Shown here piece by piece: positions 60,175 through 64,000 of a DNA stretch of 64,000 bases. Position 1 is the first letter of the stretch, and the number at the start of each line of letters is the position of its first letter. The translations under genes and the position numbers were made by a program. The notes under the pieces were generated by a model, which had not been told where the DNA came from, made no database searches, and worked only from the letters and a program-made list of their open reading frames with translations. The stretch lies in the sequence record NZ_CP072340.1. One strand, given 5' to 3'. This DNA comes from a plasmid.

Positions 60175-61215
60175 ATGATTCTCGAAAAGATAGAAAAGCT
60201 ACTAAAAGAAGTGAGCAGCGTATCGGCTAAAAACGCTGAAGACGTAGAGCAACTTCGATTGAAATATCTTAGCAAGAAGGGCGAAATAAATGCCTTGATG
60301 GGCGAATTTCGCAACGTAGCTGCCGACCAGAAGAAGACGGTAGGCATGAAAATAAACGAGCTGAAGCAGCTTGCACAAGACAAAATAAACGATTTGCGCG
60401 AACAGTTGGAGACAAACGAGGCGCAGAGCAGCGACATAGACCTTACCCGGACAGCCTATCCTGTTGGCTTGGGTACCCGTCATCCGCTTACGTTGGTAAA
60501 GAAAGAGATTATAGATATATTTGCACGAATGGGCTTTACACTCTATCAGGGACAGGAGATTGACGACGACGAGCACGTGTTTACCATGCTCAACTTCGCT
60601 GCCGACCACCCTGCTCGCGACATGCAGGACACTTTCTTCATAGAGCGTTCGCACTCTTTGGACGTAACGAAGAATGTCTTGCTACGCAGCCACACCTCTA
60701 ACGACGAGGCGCACTATATGTCTACCCACCAGCCGCCTATCCGTGTGCTCTGCCCGGGACGTGTTTTCCGCAACGAAGCCATCAGTGCGCGTGCCCATTG
60801 CTTCTTCCATCAGGTGGAAGGACTGTATGTAGACAAGAACGTCAGCTTTGCCGATTTGAAGCAAGTTCTGCTTACTTTCGCCCGCGAAATGTTCGGAGCA
60901 GACACCAAAATACGTCTCCGTCCGAGCTACTTCCCCTTTACGGAGCCCAGTGCAGAGATGGATATAAGTTGTAATATATGCGGTGGCGAAGGCTGCGGAT
61001 TTTGTAAACACACCGGCTGGGTAGAGATTTTGGGTTGCGGAATGGTAGACCCTCACGACCTTGAGGCTTGTGGCATCGACTCGAACGTGTACACGGGTTA
61101 CGCCTTTGGCATGGGTGTGGAGCGCATAACCAACCTGAAATATAGGGTGAGCGACCTCCGTTTGTTCTCCGAAAACGATGTCCGCTTTCTCAAAGAGTTC
61201 GAAAGTGCATTGTAA
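60175..61215 (+). CDS. pheS: Phenylalanine--tRNA ligase alpha subunit
   Basis: Class II aaRS motifs (FRNEA, GLGxERxxM-like GMGVERI). Confidence 0.85.
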   Translation: MILEKIEKLLKEVSSVSAKNAEDVEQLRLKYLSKKGEINALMGEFRNVAADQKKTVGMKINELKQLAQDKINDLREQLETNEAQSSDIDLTRTAYPVGLGTRHPLTLVKKEIIDIFARMGFTLYQGQEIDDDEHVFTMLNFAADHPARDMQDTFFIERSHSLDVTKNVLLRSHTSNDEAHYMSTHQPPIRVLCPGRVFRNEAISARAHCFFHQVEGLYVDKNVSFADLKQVLLTFAREMFGADTKIRLRPSYFPFTEPSAEMDISCNICGGEGCGFCKHTGWVEILGCGMVDPHDLEACGIDSNVYTGYAFGMGVERITNLKYRVSDLRLFSENDVRFLKEFESAL

Positions 61216-61256
61216 GCTCCATTGCAATACGTTCCAAAACCCATTGTTTTACACAA

Positions 61257-61295
61257 CAAAAGAGCCTGTTTTGCCACGCAAAACAGGCTCTTTTG
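61257..61295 (+). terminator. Perfect 17-bp palindrome CAAAAGAGCCTGTTTTG-CCACG-CAAAACAGGCTCTTTTG (member of intergenic repeat family) acting as pheS terminator
   Basis: Perfect inverted repeat directly downstream of pheS stop. Confidence 0.55.
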
Positions 61296-61709
61296 CAATG
61301 TAAAGACGCACACATCGTTTTTTGTTAGAACCACTTTCGAAAAGTCGGGTTGTTTAGTGGCAAAGTCATTTCGTTGATATGGCGTGGCAGCTGCAATGCC
61401 ATAAGGCTCTGTCCATCGTGCCATGGCGTCCTCGAATACGCAAAGCGATGTTGTGTTTTCCACACAGCATGGATACGGTTTATCACGTTTCATTTTGTTT
61501 TAACCATTTGGTACCTGCAGGTTATGGGGAGGTTGAGTTGTGCCCTTACCGCCTTGGGTATGTCCTTTGGCGTGTTGTTGAATGTTGGCAAACACATATA
61601 TAATAAGGTGTAACGGCTGGCGGAAAGTCTGTCCTACCTATTTCGTGGAACTGCCCCCCCTCAGAGGAGTGTGTTGCGGGGGCTTCAGTTGGGCGAATAT
61701 AAATATGTG

Positions 61710-62513
61710 TTATTTCAATTCGTATATTTCGCTGGGTATCTTGCGTCGCAACACTTCTACAATAAAGTCTACGCCCGGTACCAATCCGTGTCTTTCCATC
61801 TCGTTCGCAACTGCTATTCGTGCCAATTCGGGGTGATTGTTCTCATCGCTAAGGTGGCAGAGCCATACGTGTTTCAGCTCTTCTGTAGCGTTCTCCACTA
61901 TGGTTCGGGCGCATTCGGCGTTGCTTAAATGTCCTGTATTGCTGGTTATGCGAGCTTTTAGATGCTGCGGATAGGGTCCAGCCATAAGTTTTTCCAATTC
62001 GTGGTTGGCTTCAATAACCAAGTAGTTGGCTTTTGCCACGAACGCACGAATCTCTTCTGTAATGTGTCCGCAGTCGGTTACGAGCGTAAAAGTAACGCCT
62101 TGGCATTGCACACAGTACCCCACGCAGTCGAGACTGTCGTGCGGGACGGCAAAAGGAGTAACGGTAAAGTCGCCTATTTGCTGTGTCTTTCCTTTCTCAA
62201 CATATCGTACTTGTTCGGGCGCAACCTTCTTCTTTACACACCAGTTCCTTGCTATTCCCTCGTGGACTGTCCGCGTAGAGTAGACCGGAATGGCAAGACG
62301 ATCGCTTATGCTGCCCACCGACTTGATGTGGTCGGCATGGTCGTGCGTAACAAGAATGTTGTGAATCATCGATAAGTTTAGTCCGTAGCTCTGCATAAAC
62401 CTCTTCATCGACCGTATGCCGATGCCGCAATCAATCACGATTCCATCGGTTTCGGTATATAAAAGATATGCGTTGCCACTGCTTCCGCTTCCAAACGATA
62501 TAAATTTCAGCAT
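61710..62513 (-). CDS. MBL-fold metallo-hydrolase
   Basis: HDHADH motif. Confidence 0.65.
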   Translation of the reverse strand: MLKFISFGSGSSGNAYLLYTETDGIVIDCGIGIRSMKRFMQSYGLNLSMIHNILVTHDHADHIKSVGSISDRLAIPVYSTRTVHEGIARNWCVKKKVAPEQVRYVEKGKTQQIGDFTVTPFAVPHDSLDCVGYCVQCQGVTFTLVTDCGHITEEIRAFVAKANYLVIEANHELEKLMAGPYPQHLKARITSNTGHLSNAECARTIVENATEELKHVWLCHLSDENNHPELARIAVANEMERHGLVPGVDFIVEVLRRKIPSEIYELK

Positions 62514-62570
62514 TGTTTTCTAATTTGTTGTAAAAGTAATTAAGTTATTCAACCCGTGAAGTCAGCTTGT

Positions 62571-64000
62571 TTAGAACGGCAATCCGACAGCGAAATGGAA
62601 CGTAAAGTCGCGGCTGAACTTGGGATTAACGATAGGGTAGTGCCCCTTTCCCGACGAGTAGGCAGGGTCTATGGCTTTCATGCCGGCATCGAAACGCAGC
62701 ACGAAGTAGTCGAAGTTGAGGCGCAGTCCTAAACCGTAGGCTACTGCAATTTGTTTGAGAAACTTGCCGAAATGGAACTGTCCGCCGGGCTGCTCGGCAT
62801 ATTCTCGCAGTGTCCAGATGTTGCCTGCATCTACAAAGGCTGCCCCATCGAACTTCCAAAACAAGTGTGTTCTGTATTCGGAACTGAGGTTCAGCCTTAA
62901 ATCTCCCGTCTGGTTGATGAAGTCTATGCGCCCATCGGTACCACGAAAACTACCCGGTCCCAATTCTCTGACGCTCCAGCCGCGCACCGAGTTAGGTCCG
63001 CCGGCTATGTAACGCTTCTCGAAAGGCAGCACCTTGCTGTTTCCGTAGGGATAGGCAATGCCGAAATCGGCATGCAAGGCAAGCGAGTTGCGAGGGTCGA
63101 AACGCAGGACGCGCGTGAAAGCAAAGTCGAATTTAAGATACTGGGCGTAGGCAATGTTGAAGATTTTAGACTGCCCCTGCTCATTTTGCTTAAACTTTGA
63201 TACGGCGTTAGCCAACGAAAGCAAGTTTCCTGCCGACTCTATCTTGGCCTTGATGGCTATGTCGTCGTTGCGATTATAACTTACGCTGAAGCCCGACCGC
63301 ATGATGAACAGGTCTTCATAGTTATAGCGCAGTATGGCGTTGCGGTTAGAAACATTGTCGAGATAGTCTGCCTTGAAGCGCTCGCTAATCCATGGCATGT
63401 ACACATAGCTAAGGTCTGGTATCTCGAGTTCGTAGTTCAGATGGCGTCGGACATTGCTCCAGTTGTATTTCCAGGCTGCCGAAAAGACACGGCGGTGGAA
63501 CTCCGGGCGATCCTGGAAGTCCCAGCCAACCGACAGTTCGGACGTTGCGTTGCTGCGACGACGGAACTCTCGCGTGGAAAAGGGAGAGAGAAAGCGTGGG
63601 AATTGCAGTCGAGCCTGCACGCCATACTCCTCGTAGTTGTGGTTGGAATAGCCCTCCAAGCCCTTGATAGCCTCGAAAGCGGCACGCAGTTCGATGCTGA
63701 ACAGCTCGCTGCCATGGAACAGATTGCGGTTCTGATAGGTGAGAACGGCAGCTGCTCCAAGGTCGCCCGCAGTGTTGGTTCCCTCGGGCTGGAATGCAAC
63801 AGTGTTGGGCTTGGTGGGCGAAAGTTTAATGTTGGTTTCCAGGAAACGCAGTGATGTCGGTGTATAGTCGAATATTTTGCCAATGGCAATGGAGTCGAAC
63901 TGAGGCATTTCCCTGAATTCTATGTCGGTGTAGCGTATGGCTCCCAACCTCGCAAAGTTGTTGTAAGTAGTCCGAAGGTCGGTTGCCGAGAAGTATTTGC
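62571..64000 (-). CDS. BamA/TamA-family (surface antigen D15) outer-membrane beta-barrel protein, N-terminus outside window
   Basis: C-terminal beta-barrel ending in F; ORF open to window edge. Confidence 0.55.
   Translation of the reverse strand, partial: KYFSATDLRTTYNNFARLGAIRYTDIEFREMPQFDSIAIGKIFDYTPTSLRFLETNIKLSPTKPNTVAFQPEGTNTAGDLGAAAVLTYQNRNLFHGSELFSIELRAAFEAIKGLEGYSNHNYEEYGVQARLQFPRFLSPFSTREFRRRSNATSELSVGWDFQDRPEFHRRVFSAAWKYNWSNVRRHLNYELEIPDLSYVYMPWISERFKADYLDNVSNRNAILRYNYEDLFIMRSGFSVSYNRNDDIAIKAKIESAGNLLSLANAVSKFKQNEQGQSKIFNIAYAQYLKFDFAFTRVLRFDPRNSLALHADFGIAYPYGNSKVLPFEKRYIAGGPNSVRGWSVRELGPGSFRGTDGRIDFINQTGDLRLNLSSEYRTHLFWKFDGAAFVDAGNIWTLREYAEQPGGQFHFGKFLKQIAVAYGLGLRLNFDYFVLRFDAGMKAIDPAYSSGKGHYPIVNPKFSRDFTFHFAVGLPF

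Overview
This window looks like a Bacteroidales chromosome, most likely Prevotella or another oral/gut Bacteroidota. The evidence is Bacteroides-type TAnnTTTG -7 promoter boxes, two proteins with T9SS C-terminal sorting domains, a BspA-type leucine-rich repeat protein and CTnDOT-family tra genes. About the first 23.5 kb is mobile DNA; the rest is a housekeeping backbone.

**Mobile region, 1 to about 11.9 kb.** This is the distal part of a CTnDOT-family conjugative transposon. It carries a partial traJ followed by traK to traO, a DUF3872 lipoprotein and a lysozyme on the + strand. An integrase-led block (integrase, DUF1896, two hypotheticals, PcfK-like, PcfJ-like) faces it on the - strand. Between the two blocks is a small cargo island with a promoter-driven hypothetical gene and an orphan 5S rRNA gene. 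A repeat-rich candidate att region sits at 11566..11935.

**Mobile region, about 11.9 to 23.5 kb.** A truncated RhuM-family gene is followed by an arsenic-resistance operon: arsR, a secreted TlpA-like thioredoxin-fold protein, CcdA, a small thioredoxin, an ArsP-like permease, ArsC and ACR3. Next comes a mobilisation module typical of Bacteroidales integrative mobilisable elements: two HTH proteins, a P-loop protein, a Toprim primase, a DUF3408 protein, a repeat-rich oriT candidate, MobC and a relaxase. The mobile region ends before tilS.

**Backbone, 23.6 to 64 kb.** Genes recognised here are tilS, rlmI, an exonuclease, ftsK, lolA, sdaA, tRNA-Arg, a TonB-dependent receptor, rubredoxin, a YihY-family protein, htpG, cobO, SDR, CDF and fabG genes, a tetR regulator, murB, pheS, two MBL-fold hydrolase genes and a partial BamA/TamA-family gene.

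**Items worth a second look:**
- a tandem array of four small single-TM peptide genes (40812..41357)
- an apparent LplA-LipA fusion ORF (44920..46743)
- a conserved palindromic intergenic repeat family, CAAAAGAGCCTGTTTTG, used as terminators at five or more loci
- an rRNA-type tRNA-Met (53344..53416) that needs covariance-model (tRNAscan-SE) confirmation
- 22-nt periodic repeats downstream of tRNA-Arg (35832..35900)
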